NCBI RefSeq assembly: GCF_004010195.1
Contig: NC_057744.1
Span: 13,295,518-13,359,517, forward strand
Source: Chiloscyllium plagiosum
Taxonomy: Eukaryota
Direction: 5' to 3'
Length of the DNA: 64,000 bases
The translations under genes and the position numbers were made by a program. The notes under the pieces are model-generated. The model worked only from the letters and a program-made list of their open reading frames with translations, was not told the DNA's origin and did no database searches. Positions 14,366-27,400 of the stretch are shown here, in pieces. How positions within the stretch are numbered: position 1 is the stretch's first letter; every line of letters starts with the position of its first letter.

Positions 14366-15724
14366 TCTTTTTTTGCTGATGCTTTAGGCATAGCATATAA
14401 CAAACTTTCTTTCCCTCACCATGCAAAACTAATAAATGAAGAGAGAGTCGTGTCCTATGAGTCAGCACCAGGGAGGGAAGCTTGGATCCCATTATAATCG
14501 GCAGTGGTGATCAACTTCCAGATTATCATAATGCATTGATCATTCAAATAGTTCCCAAGTACACCCAGCCATTTGATTCCCTCACTGCAAATTGCATAAA
14601 ATGGAGCATCAGTCTTGCAGTTGCATTGCCTCATTTACTATGTACATTGTGATTTGTAAAGTGGTTATTTGAAAAGAAAGTATAAAATGAGAGAATGTGC
14701 TGGCTATACAAAACACATTTTTAATTCTCTTTATCGACCTATCATATGAGTAGAATAATATTCAGTGGAAACATTTTGTGTAAGGTTGGATAATAATAGA
14801 CAAATCCTGCTGATATCGGATCATCTATTACATTTTAAAATGTAAATTAGGACCACATTGCTGTGGGTCTGGAGTTACATGTAGGCTAGACCAGGTAAGG
14901 ATGGCAGTTCCCTTCCCTAAAGGATATTAGACACAGTACTATCCACAGAGAAATCATCCCTTTGTTTCCCCCCTCCATGCTGCAGGGAAATTGTAATCAT
15001 CCCCATGAGAACCTAATTGACATTGAGAACTTAGTGATTGTGGGTATAAAGAGTAACCAACCATTTAAAACGCAAGCATAAATGATACATATCACCAGAA
15101 TGCTGTTCAATGTTGCAATGTGAACAAGCTGTACCATGCATTTAAATAACAATATTGAAGAATCCATCATTACCTTCTGTAGCCAGAAAGACACATCACA
15201 CACTCAGCTTGTGGGTGGACATGTGTATGCTTTCTGAAGTAATATAGGACACATGACTCACATTATAATCAATACAATGTGAGATTAAAATAGAATATTA
15301 TAATCAGCGGTGGGGAGGAAGGTAAAAGCAAACAAACAATTGATCCTTATTGATGAAAATATCTCAACAGTGCCCCGTAATAAGAAAATTTAAATGCAAA
15401 ATATCCCAAATGTTTCCTTGCAATTAATGATAATTGGATTATTTGTAGTGAAGTGAATTCATAACAAAATTTAATTTTGAAAAGGAATTTGCAATAAAAA
15501 GTCAGGCTGTGCACCAACCATTGTACTCCTTTGTTCCAAGCGCAAGGTTTGAAAAGGTATTTATAGTATGGAATTGTGTTTTAATGTGGGGTAAAATGAG
15601 GAATGAATCAGTCATTCACCAGTTATGAATTCTGGTGACAACAAACTTGAGTGCCGTTATTATTAAGGATTAATTTAGTAGCCCAGGATGTTTTACGAAG
15701 AAGGTTTGAAGTGTTGGTGCGGTT

Positions 15725-15806
15725 TCAAATAAACTTGTTGGACTATAACTCAGTTTCATGTGACTTTTGACTTTGACCACCCCAGTCCAACACCGGCACC
15801 TCTACA
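15725..15806 (+). mobile_element. PLE terminal-repeat fragment (same family as 41880-42046)
   Basis: aaataaacttgttggactataac...ccagtccaacaccggcacctc is the reverse complement of the 41880 region. Confidence 0.7.
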
Positions 15807-15836
15807 TTTTGTAAACACTGGCAGACACAGCTATGC

Positions 15837-16896
15837 TGTTAGCAAATAAACAATTAATTCCCAAGTCTTAGGGAAGTGTTAAAAATATCTGCCTGCAAAT
15901 GCTTATAGTTTAAACGAGCTACTTATTTCCCAACTAGAATAGGACTGCTCTAAATTAAAGCTAATCAACATTTTTAGCAGGATACAGAGTCCATGTTATT
16001 CACTTTGCCATTGAGATAGGCTTTGGGAAGGGGGTAACAGAAGCCATAGATTATAAAGCTATCAGAAGGATATGAAGGAACATCATAGACAGGTCAGTCT
16101 GCCAGAACTTGAGAGAGAAGGAACAGATAGAGCTGACAAGTCTCAGTGGTTCACATCACAGAATGTCAGTGGGAATTTGACAAGTCTAAATCATGATAGT
16201 TTAAAACAAGTCTAGAAGATCAAATCATGACAATTTAAAACAGGACTGGAGGATCCATCTGGACAGAGATAGTGATCTAGATTGAGATAAAGAATGCATT
16301 GTCAGGAAAACCTCCTACTGTTAAAGACCACGTGGAGTCACACATTAACTGCTGAGAAAAGGAAAAGTAGGAAGTAAACTCTTTGGAGCTTGCCATCACT
16401 TTGGATTGGTTCTAGGAGATTTACATCACAATTTAAGAGGCAGCATAAGGTATAACTGTGGAGTAGGCAAAAGTGAGGACTGCAGATGCTGGAAACCAGA
16501 GTTTAGATTAGTGTGGTGCTGGAAAAGCACAGCAGGTCAGGCAGCAACGAGGAGCAGGAAAATTGACGTTTCGGGCAAAAGCTCTTCATCAGGAATTTTT
16601 GAAGGGCCCGAAATGTCGATTTTCCTGCTCCTCAGATGCTGCCTGACCTGATGTGCTTTTCCAGCACCACTCTGACCTAAACTGTGGAGTAGATTTTTAG
16701 TTCTGTTAAAAGTATAAGTGGTTAAGTTCTGATTTGCAATTTATAAACTGTCTGCAAGAATATTTTTTATCAATGTTGCTATTAGTTTACTTGTTATAGA
16801 AGCCATTTTAAATCATGAAACCTTGTGATGGCATCCTTTCAGTTATGTAGTGAAAGTTCACATTTTAAGTCCCCAACATCTATAGTAATTGTGACA
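15837..16896. mobile_element. Possible solo LTR hosting a PLE insertion
   Basis: TGTTA...GTGACA termini and LTR-like composition; no clear TSD. Confidence 0.3.
16467..16679. mobile_element. Palindromic non-autonomous PLE derivative with 13-bp TSD
   Basis: TSD aactgtggagtag at 16454-16466 and 16680-16692; inverted arms; hammerhead-like core on the minus strand at 16561-16597. Confidence 0.9.
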
Positions 16897-17526
16897 TTTT
16901 CCAAAGGTTTATTGTTTGAAACATTCTAAAGTTAGAACTCAATTCTTTTTATAAATGCTGAACATTTTAATCAACTGTTCTTAAATACCTTTTCCTGAGG
17001 TGAAAGGTTTTACAGAATGCACCACAGAAGGTGGAAATAATGGTAGTGCACTGCACTGAGACGTAACTTTGTTTGTATCATTTTTTATCTTCATGTCAGT
17101 CAGATACCATTGTTTCTATCTTGAGCGATGAAAAATCTGCAGCTGACCTGTAAACTATTGCAATGCATGCTGCTCCATAATTATCCACACCCACACACTC
17201 ATCAAATCATGGTTAATATAATGGTAGAACTGTTGATTTGAAAATTAAAAACATATTTTTTTATGTGACTCAAAGACAAGTGAACAGATGAGAGCAGTGA
17301 CAACAGGAAAGTGGTTCCATTCAGGTATCGACCACAAAATGTGCTGATTTCACTATTTGGATGAGGATCCATTCTAAATTAACCACACCAGACTCGAAAC
17401 ATTAACTCAGTTTCTCTCTTCATCAATGCTGCCATACAGTCATACAGCACAGAAACAGACTCTTCAGTCCAACTCATCCATGCAGTTAGTAGGGGAGCAC
17501 TTTGTCACTAGAGACCATAATTCTAG

Positions 17527-17652
17527 TTCCTGATGAAGGGCTTTTGCCCAAAACATTGATTCTCCTGCTCCTCGGTTGCTGTCTGATCTGCTGTGCTCTT
17601 CCAGCACCACACTCTCGACTCTAATCTCCAGCATCTGCCGTCCTCACTTTCG
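17527..17652 (+). mobile_element. PLE terminal-repeat fragment starting at a CpG-decayed hammerhead
   Basis: ttc-ctgatga-a-gggc-tttt-gccc-aaaacattg followed by the conserved tgctgcctgacctgctgtgc-like repeat. Confidence 0.85.
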
Positions 17653-17654
17653 CC

Positions 17655-18235
17655 CATGGAAAAGGATAGACCTTGTGTAAACATTAAATTTCTAAACAAG
17701 AGCAATGCCAATTTTGTTGGTATTAGACAGGAATTCTTAAAAGTTGATTGGAGTAGGCTGTTCACAGGTAAAGGGATGATTGACAAGTAGGAGGCTTTCA
17801 AAAGTGAGATGACGAGAGTCCAGAGACAGTATGTTCCTGTTAGAGGGAAGGGTAAAGCTGGTAAGAGTACGGAACACTGGATGACTAAAGACATTGAAGC
17901 TCTGATGAAGAAAAAGGAGACATATATGAGACACAGACGGCTGGGATTAAGTGAATCCCTTGAGGAGTACAATGGGAGAAGAGGCATACTTGAGCAGAGG
18001 CGACTGAGAGTATGGAGGTTTATAATATCATGAGGGACATAGATAAGGTGAATAGCAAAGGTTTTTTTGCTTCGGGTAGTGGAATTCAAAATGAGAGGGC
18101 ATAGTTTTAAAGTGAGAGGGGAAAGATTTAAAAGGGACCTGATGGGCAACTTTTTCACATAGAGGGTGGTGCATTTATGGAATGAACTACTGGAGGAGGT
18201 GGTTGATGCAGGCATAGTTACAATATATAAAGGAC
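17655..18235 (+). mobile_element. CR1-type LINE fragments (EN-RT linker joined to 3' end)
   Basis: KFLNKSNANFVGIRQEFLKVDWSRLF, WMTKDIEALMKKK and VVHLWNELLEEVVDAG. Confidence 0.85.
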
Positions 18236-18239
18236 AGCT

Positions 18240-21200
18240 ACATGACACACAAGATTTGCTGATGGGGCAAACCATGGGTAGACCAATGTTGAACAGCCTT
18301 CTGGCTGTTAAAACACATATTGCTAACTTAGCCAAACAGCAAGGGATGCTGGGTATAGAGGCCAAGTAAAACTCTGAAATAAAACAAAACTCACAGACCA
18401 GATACAGTGAAAACACAGCAGCCAGGTGCAAATGACATTAGCATGATGTAAAAGGCAATATTCTGGTTGGAGTTGTCGAACTTGTTTAAGGAGGAACTAG
18501 ACAACAATTGCCTTGAGAAGCAGCAAGTAGATTAAACATAGTTTCCTGAAAATCTGAGCAAATAGCTTTACATTTAATGATCATGGACTTCACTGAACTA
18601 ACAGTACACCTGGAGATTCAGGATAGTGAGGAGAGGTGGTAACGTGTTGAATACACCATTTCTTCCACATCTCTTGAAAGGGTGCACTGATGTATTATTG
18701 TCAGACATGATCTACTGAGAAACATCAAACTTACCAAATATAGTTGTTAACCTGTCAGGAACATGAGTATTATCTTTGAATTGTCTCACAAAGAGAATTT
18801 GGTGTAATTGTCAGTCACCAGGATGTATTCATATCTTTGGACATGGAAAACATCTTGCATCATGGCCTAGAAGGAACTTTCTATGGAATGAGTGGATCTT
18901 TTGAATGTAAGGCTAATAGAGTTGACATGATTCACATGACTTGATCAATGTCCTTATTGATACTGGGCCAAAAGATAGATCAATGTGCCACTTTTATGTT
19001 TTTATTCTGTATCCATGTGACCTATATGTATATGGTCAAACAAATATCAGTGTAGAATTTGTGAAATAAACACTTGTTTACTCTTGAAAACTAAATTCCT
19101 AGAGACTCCGAGTTCACCTCTGAATGACACAAAGAATATGTTTCATCAGGGAACCTTTGAATGATGACCGGGCTGGTGAAGGTGGATCTTATCATGCATA
19201 GCTTGTTGAATCCGTTCCGCTTCACCAAGCATAAATCCGATCAATGTGAAGATCTTCAAACACAGATTTGGCAATATTCACTCATAGATCTAGAGGAATA
19301 TTTTTCATTTTAGTGGTATTTGGAAGTCAACTGAAAGCATCAGGAAGAGTTCGCTGTGGGCTTGCTTTCTGTTATGCTCCAAAATGATATCATTGGATAT
19401 TCACCTGTATACCCAATTGTGAATGTGCACTTTTGAGAGATTTTCAACAAATAACTTCAAACAATTTTAGTCAGTTTGAATAATGAAGTGCCTGCCAAAC
19501 GTGCAGAGCCTTTGATTTCTGAAATCTAAAGTTAGGGCTCTCCTTTTTATGTTGGAGTGATTAGCCAGAAGTGTCAAATGGATCTTAGAACCAAATACAA
19601 TAGCCTTATTATCAACTAATGCTTTAATGCTTTTTGGGATACATCTACTGTCAAAGTGGTAAGCTTTGAGGAATCATGATAGTCACTTGCTGGATGATCA
19701 TCTGTTTTAGAGAGTGAAGAATCTGTTGGTGATCATCTTATAACAATTATTACGTACCTTTGTTAAGCAAATCTGATATAAAAGGTATTTTGGTTACAGC
19801 ATTTGGAGTATACAGAGATTAAAAATTGAAAGAACCAAGACACCTTTGTAAGTCACTTTTGTCTAATAGTGAAATACCTTTTGTATAAATTCTATTTTGG
19901 CAAGGTGATATCTAATACAGTTTGTGGAGTTGATTTATACAAAGAGATTGATTTGGCTCATGTTGATTTAATAATTTTTGCTATTGACTATGAAACCATG
20001 CTTTCTTGCTACTGGTAGACAATCTGGTAGACTGACTATGATATGATTCATATGTTATTCAAACATGATCTGGCTAACATACATTCCAATTGGTAATTGA
20101 AGAAAACAGTGTCTAACAAATGGAGCTCTAAAAGCTGTCAGCTCCTGTAACTCTGGAAAAGGTGAATCTACATGCATTTGTGACATCAAACATGGAATAG
20201 TGCTTTATGCCTGAGAATTTGGGATTAAGCTTTTCCAAGGTAGGAATCTGGAATGCATGTATTCCTTTCTTACAATGTTCAATCAGCTTGGATTTAAACA
20301 CAAAATACAATGGAGTTGCACCAATCAGTGTAATTCTTAACTTTGTAAATAATATTTTGTACCATGGAATCCAGCTTCAGATTGAACTTATCCTGAATAC
20401 GAAGACAGCACACACAAAGAAAAAAAGCTTACATTCATTGACATCACCTTTCAGGTGTAATACTATATCACCTTTGAAGTTGCCAGTCGAACCGGAGCAG
20501 TCTGGATAGAGTTTCGTCAGATCATAGATACTCTTGATGATGCAATGTCTGCATCATTGTCGTTCGAACAGACATATTGGTTACCTCAAGGATCATAATA
20601 ACATGGAACCTCTGCATGCTGGTAGACCAATGATAGAAAGTCCCACTGATTCAAGGTATAAATGATTTCATGTGAGAAAGTGGTGGATGTGGGTACAATT
20701 ACAACATCTAAAAAGGCATTTGGATAGATACAAGAATAGAAAAAGGTTTGGAGGGATATGGGGCAGGAGCCAGCATGTGGGACCCGTTTTGTTTGGGATC
20801 ATGTTCGGTGTGGAGACGTTGGACCGAAGGGTCTGTTTCTGTGCTGTATGACTCTATAACTTGATGTGTACATCACAAGGAACCATTTTGAAATTAAAGT
20901 TGGATAATTCCAATGCAATTGTTGTCTGACCTGCTGTAAGCAGATGAGCTTATTATGAATGAACTGCATTACATTGTGCCAGTAATTTCTCAAATTAGAT
21001 GCGTAAACGGATGACATTTGCAATTGGTTCAATCTTAGCATACAGCTTACAAAGTTAATGTATTTTGTGTTATCCCACTTTAATAGAGGTAAAATCTTCA
21101 GCCTTTCTAATATGTAGCATGTTAAATTGATTAGATGTACTATCCGACTGATGTCTGTAACCTATACTGTTGGAGGTCCATCTTGAACAAACCACACTTC

Positions 21201-21590
21201 ATAAAAGATTTGGATATTTTACTTACCTTTCTTGATTGTTAGAATTGTTGTTACAGAGTTCAACACCTGTGGATGCTGCTGTTGTGCTGCAATTACTTCA
21301 AACCTGCATCCTTCTTAAAGAAGTGTGTTGATGATGTCAACCTTTAAGTTTGTTCAGAAATGTCTTTCGAAGATTTGTTGAGTATAGAGGCAATGACTAA
21401 CTCCATCAGATTTTCAGCTGAGTTTGCTTCAGCAAGATCACACTCTGTATCTTTGCATTAATTGGCTGTGAATTATTGCACGTGCAACATAATTTAAAAC
21501 CTGTAAATCCTAAAGATGATTCAAACCGTAAGCTTAGCTTTGAAAAAATTTTATTTTCACATGTTTGCAGTCATTACTAGACATTCCAAA
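18240..21590 (-). mobile_element. Decayed Gypsy internal region (gag-PR-RT-RNaseH-IN), interrupted by a CR1 3' end at ~20670-20860
   Basis: Minus-strand remnants in order: CDLAEA..ENLMELVIAS (gag), IIGLPAC (PR), TDWCNSIV, IPTLEKLNPKFSG, LQRCLGSFNF (RT), LTVDVSQK...IVFGSK (RNase H), HIGHMD..IFWPSINKDI..CESCQ and IMSDN (IN). Confidence 0.85.
20670..20860 (+). mobile_element. CR1-type (HER1-like) LINE 3' end nested in the Gypsy element
   Basis: ggaccgaagggtctgtttctgtgctgtatgactctataac tail. Confidence 0.85.
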
Positions 21591-21635
21591 AGTGATAAGA
21601 AGTTTGTTTGCTTGTCTATCCAATTCCTTTGTTTT

Positions 21636-21858
21636 TATTCATTCATGGGATGAGGATGTTGCTGGCTAGGCCAGCATTTATTGCCCATCCCAAAGGGCAG
21701 GTAAGACTCAACCCCATTCCTGTGGGTCTGAAGTCACGTATAGGTCAGACCGGGTAAGAATGGCAGCTTTCTTCCTTAAAGGACGTTAGAGAATCAGGTG
21801 GGTTTTTCTGACAATTGACAATTGTTTCATAGTAGTGATTAGACTCTGAATTCCAATT
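21636..21858 (-). mobile_element. SINE family A
   Basis: Reverse complement of the 35577-35878 copy, including the L2-like tail. Confidence 0.8.
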
Positions 21859-21869
21859 TGTAGAGTTGC

Positions 21870-22280
21870 AGTGAAACTTCACTACTCTTTTGAAATGAGA
21901 GTCAACAATCCATTAGTCTTCCTGATTACTTGTTGCACCTGTGTTTCCTGTACAAGACCCCGAAGTCCCTTTGTGTTGCAGTTTCTGCAGCTTTTCTCCT
22001 TTTAAATAATACTGTTCTTTTGTTCTCCCTTCCGTTTTCCTACATTATACTCCTTTTGCCAACATTTTGCCCATTTACTTAACCTAACAATATCTCTGTA
22101 TAAACTTTGTATCCCTCTTGCAACTTGCCTTTCCACCTATTTTATATTATCTGCAAATGTGGCTGCAGTATGTTTGCTTCCTTCTTCCAAGTCATGAATA
22201 TACATTGCAAACTGTTGTGGTCCCAGCACTGATCCCTGTGGAGCCCCACTGGTTGTAGTTTGTCAACCTGAAAATATAGT
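21870..22280 (-). mobile_element. CR1-type RT fragment
   Basis: ggtcccagcactgatccctgtggagcccc = GAPQGSVLGP on the minus strand; FADN motif. Confidence 0.8.
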
Positions 22281-22527
22281 CTATCCAGCCTCTTTTCATA
22301 ACTAAAATGCTCTAACCACTATTCCAATAATAGCAGGTAATGCAGCGATTGTGAAAAAGGAGGCGCTTAAAACAATTGCCATTTCTTGGGGGGAAATGTA
22401 CTGAGCAGGTTGTTTTTTACCTTATCTACCTGTCCTGCTACCTTCAGGGGTTGATGGACATGTGCTTGTCTATCTGATTCCTGATGTTTCCCAGGGTTCT
22501 AACATTCATCATGTATTCCCTTACCTT

Positions 22528-22841
22528 GTGGCACAGTGGCTAGCGCTGCTGCCTCACAGGACCATGAGACCTGGGTTCAATTCCCACCTCAAGCAACTGT
22601 CTGTGTGGTGTTTGCACATTCTCGCCAAGTCTGCATGGGTTTTCTCTGAGTGTTCTGGTTTCCTCCCACAATCCAAAAATGTGCAGGTTAGGTGAATTGG
22701 TCATGCTAAATTGCCCGCCCGTAGTGTCAGGTGAAGGGGTAAATGTAGGGGAATGGGTCTGGGTGGGTTGCTCTTCGGAGGGTCGGTGTGGACTTGTTGG
22801 GCCAAAGGGCCTGTTTCCACACTGTAAGTAATCTAATCTAA
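22528..22841 (+). mobile_element. HE1-type V-SINE
   Basis: tRNA-like A/B boxes (tggcacagtgg, gggttcaattccc), V-domain ...ggtttcctcccaca.tccaaa and CR1-like tail (atcta)n. Confidence 0.9.
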
Positions 22842-24059
22842 AGTGAAGATTCTTTATTTTTGAGTAACTGAAATTCTGACAAAATGTCATTGGAGTGCCA
22901 TTCCAAGTTTAGGTCTTTGGTTTCCATCCTTACTGCGGTCTTTAAAAATTGTCAATATGTGAAGGATCTGCATTACAATACAATGCTTCCTTTTTTGTTG
23001 CCTTCTGTCTTTTTGCTTATCTCCTTGTTGCTGCTTTGTTTCTATTTATATATGTTTTAAAGCAAAGAGCGGAGTATGGCCTATATGGCATTCTCACCAA
23101 GAAATATCAGAGTGATGGCATATGTGCTTTTTTCTATTTTTATCCTATTTCTAAAATAAACGGAATGGCAGAATCAACAGAAAAATACAGCTATCCTCAG
23201 GCTCTTGTAAATGGTTTTCTTTTTAAATCAGACGGACTGTGGCCTCCTTTTGTTTGAGAGGCAGAGTACTCACAATAGTTCCTATTGTGCTGCTATGCTT
23301 CACAGCCATTACAGACTCCAGTTTTGGTTGCTAAATGGAAACTTCAACTTTCCACTCAAGCATTTGCGACTGTTGGGAAAATAACTTTCTCACAACTATT
23401 ACTGCTGTTTCTTTATTTCACCCTTTGATACCAACTTGTTGTCATTAGCCTTTAGTGCTCACCTCTAATGACCATCTTCTAGTGCCCATTTGCTGCTACT
23501 ACGGAGTAACAGTATTTTTATATGATATACAAAGTTCTTATTGAGACGAATGTCAGGAAGTTTATTAACAAATAACAAAGTTGACTAATATTACATCTCA
23601 AACTCACGTATTCAGTCCGGGGATTAGATATGTTGTGTTATTTCTCAAGGTCAGTCTGCTATTGTATAGTTAAGAGACACAGTATTTAAAATGTCTTTGC
23701 GATTCATGCTCCTGATATCATCACTGTATCATAGCATTTGACATAAGAATATAAATAATTCATACTTCATCCTGACTTAGGTCACTTGATGTTAAATGAT
23801 CCTGACAACACAGTTTCAAAGCACTCATCATCAAAGAAGAGCCAACTGCAAAGGCTAGAAATTGTGGTTTTCTACATTAACAATATTTACCTGGATCCAG
23901 ACCTCAGATACTTCTACAATTTTCTTTCTACAAATTGCTGCAAAATTGAGAGAAGTTTCTGGGGCATCAATGCTGCTGCGTTGGTGCCAGTCATACCTGC
24001 AGGTGGATATCTGCAGCTATGAGTCTGCAATTCTTAAATATTGTGAATCAATCTGTTTA

Positions 24060-25620
24060 GAAAATAAAAAGTGCTGGAAATCACAACAGGTCAGGCAGCA
24101 ACCTTGGAGAGAGAGCAAGCTAACATTTTGAGACTAGATGAGCCTTCATCAGAGATAACGTGAAGTGTGGAAGGGGCAGCATTTGTGCAATAATGAGTTG
24201 GTGGGGGGGGGGGGAGGTAGATTGTGCAGATTAAGCATGCAGAATGTGAGAATAGCAGAACAATGGAGTGTCAAACTGCCAGACCGGGAGGAACAGAAAA
24301 TTCCCCTGGTGTGAGGGGAGGGGAGAGAGGACATGGTGACCGAGAAGAATACACAACAGTGTGATTGGATCCCCCCTTGTCCTCACTTTTCACCCCACCA
24401 ACCTCCACATTCTAAAGATCATTCTCCATCATTTCAGACAACTCCAGCAGAAGGACACCAACAAACACATCTTCAGCTCTGTCTGCCTTTTGCAGGGACC
24501 ATTCCCTTTGGAACAACTGGTCCATTCCTAGACCACCATGACAAGCCCCCCCTTCCCAGGTAACCACAGAAGGTGCAACACCTGCCCCTTCCCCTCCTCC
24601 CCACTCACCAGCCAAGGGCCTAAACAACCTTTCCAGGTGAAGCAGCAACTCTAATCTGAACTGTGGCATTTGCTGCACCCAATGTGATCTACTCTACATT
24701 GGAGAAACTAAATGTAGACTGGGTGACCATTTGCAGAATACCTCCAGCTCATATACGTACATGACCCCGACCTTCCTTATAGCTGGTCATTTTAACACAG
24801 CGTCCTGCTCACGTGCCCACTTGTCTGTCCTCAAAATGCTGCAATGCTCTGGCGAATCACAGCACAAACTGGAAGAACAATGTTTCGTCTTCAGACTAGG
24901 CATTTTTCCAAACTTCTGCACTTAATATTGAGTTCAACATCTTCAAATTGTGAACTCAGTCCCATTTCTTTTAACTTTACTTGTTGCATTCTCCGTCACT
25001 ATGTCCTCTCTCCCCCTCCCCACTCCAGTGGGACCATCTGTTCTTTCCAATCTGGCAGTTAGACACACCATTATTTTGCCATTCTCACATTCCAATCACT
25101 TAATCTGCGTTATCAGCACCCTTTCTCCCTCAACACTCCATCCCCTCACCATTGTATAAATGCTGTCCCCTCCACACTTCACATCAGCTCCGATGAAGAA
25201 TTGTCTGGACTTGAAACATTAGCTTACTCTCTCTCTTTGGATGCTGCCTGGTCCATTAACAGGCCCTTTGGCCCAACAAGTCCACACCAACCCTCCAAAG
25301 AGTATCCCACCCACAGCCATTCCCCTACGTTAACCCCTGAACTAATGTACCTAATCTGCACATCCCTGAACGCTATGAGCAATTTAGCATGGCCAATTCA
25401 CCTAACCTGCACATCTTTGGACTGTGGGAGGAAACCCGAGCACCCGGAGGAAACCCATGCACACACGGGGAGAATGTGCAAACTCCACACAGACAGTCAC
25501 CTGAGGCTGGAATCAAACCCAGGTCCCTGGCTATGTGAGGCAGCAGTTGCTAACCACTGAGCCACCGTGCCACAGTTATTTCAATATAGATTCCAGCTCC
25601 TGGATTAATTTGCTCCTAAC
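24060..25620 (+). mobile_element. PLE with inverted 5' terminal repeat (24060-24345, -), decayed GIY-YIG endonuclease and 3' repeat; nested in a short SINE and interrupted by HE1
   Basis: ICCTQCDLLYIGETKCRLGDH.AE GIY-YIG motif at ~24665-24740; decayed hammerheads at 24119-24155 (-) and 25186-25225 (+). Confidence 0.85.
25258..25572 (-). mobile_element. HE1-type V-SINE
   Basis: Reverse complement of the V-domain and tRNA head. Confidence 0.9.
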
Positions 25621-25949
25621 CTTTTCAGAGATGTTATTACACATCTCTGGAGTGGGTGGAAATTGAACCTGGGTCTCCTAGCTCAGATTTAGGTACACTA
25701 CTATTGCACGCAAGATTCCAAGTCTGTAATTCTTAAACTACAACCAGTAGTTCTTAAAGCAACAGTATTAAAAGCTCCAAGACCAATAATAGGAGCAACA
25801 GCAGAGTAAAATAAAGGCAACAGAAGCAAAAAAACAGAAGAATAAAAGGAGAGAGAACTAAGACCAATAAAAGAAATAAAAAAAACTCTGCACAGTACTC
25901 CATATCTTTAGAACAAAAATGGCAAGAGAAAAGGAATGCAGACACATAT

Positions 25950-27400
25950 TGATGAACTGCGTACCCAGTAACACCTTCAGTGAATTACGATGGTGCAAGC
26001 AACATGCACATATAGATGATAGTGTTTGTCTTTGATGTGAACAATTCACACATTCATGCTGTCCATGGACGTCAGAAAGACTTAGAAAAGATCCAGAAAA
26101 GATCTGGAAGGTTCTCCAAAAACAGCTCATGCTCACAATTAAGGTCAGGATTAACAGACTGTAACTCATGTTACAATCATGGGACAAATATCCCAAAAGT
26201 CTACTCAGCAATTGTTGGAAGATCCCGCAGCAAAAGGCATGACTGTGACTTTTTTGAAGGGGAAGTGACAGAAAGTTGGAGGAGTTAATGTTTCGGAAGC
26301 CCTGAAGTGACTTCTCCACTTCCTGATGCTGCCTGGCTTGCTGTGTTCTTCCAGCCTCCTGTTTGTATACCTTTAAGAATGATCTGTTAGGCAAGCAAAA
26401 TGGCCATACCTTTGACATATTACCTGAGGATGTCCACAAGTATAAAGCTGTAGTGGCAGCCCAGTGACAGTTCTAGGTTTCAAGTGTGACCAGCGCTATT
26501 ATTATAGTCTTCAAAGCACACCAAACCAACAAAATCTGTATCAGATGCGGTTTGTCGCACATAACAAAAGCTGTCCAGCTTTCCATGAAATCTATAAAGC
26601 ATAAAGCACTAGGAAACATGAGGCATGCACATGCACAAAATCAAGACAGATCCCAGAACAAACGAATACACTGGTAACCAACTAGCTGGTATGGCATCAC
26701 AATATTGGCAACCAAGGAAGTATGAAGAAGATTGACAAATATAAACAGATCAATAAGGTTCAGAGTCAACTTAGCAAAAAGGACATCTTGCAAAGTGATC
26801 AAGCTTTCCATAGTGTTATCTTCACACACCATGTTCACAGTATAAGGTTAAATTGCCTGTAGTGTTAGGTGCATTAGTCAGGGGTAAATACAGAGTAAGG
26901 GAATGGATCTGGGTGGGTCACTCTTTGGAGGGTCGGTGTGGACTTGTTGGGCAGAAGGGCCTGTTTCCATACTGTAGGGAATCTAATCTAATCACTGAGC
27001 AGATGGAGAATCAATGTTTGTACATCATAATACATAATTTTTAAGAGTAAAGAAATTCAAATATGAAAAGTATTACGTTGAGATTTTATATCCAAATTGG
27101 ACCAGAGGCATGTGGTTATTGAGCGCATCAGCATCAAGCACATGATCTGTCAACCAGCCAGGGATCAATCAGAATGTTCAAGAACTCCTGGATATGTGAA
27201 GCATGCCAAACAAATTAACTTTAATGGCAGAAGGAGCCTCTACATCAACAAGATGTTCCATTGACCCCTCAGATGAAAGTAGCAAAAAAGCTATTTGTAG
27301 TGCAAGACAAAGATTGCATCCTTGGGAAAGATGATTTCCCCAATTTTCCTGCTGTTCAATAACTAAGCAACATAGTAAGCTTATCCATCACTGACATGAT
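25950..27400 (+). mobile_element. Decayed Gypsy gag(-PR) region with nested PLE (26280-26370) and HE1 tail (26848-26992)
   Basis: DPEKIWKVLQKQL...RSRSKRHDCDFFEGEVTE and Zn-knuckle-like CIRCGLSH..SCPA. Confidence 0.6.

Noticed and set aside
17523-18431. Longest ORF (302 aa, minus strand)
   Set aside because: Chance read-through across Gypsy, antisense CR1 and antisense PLE fragments; no coherent protein
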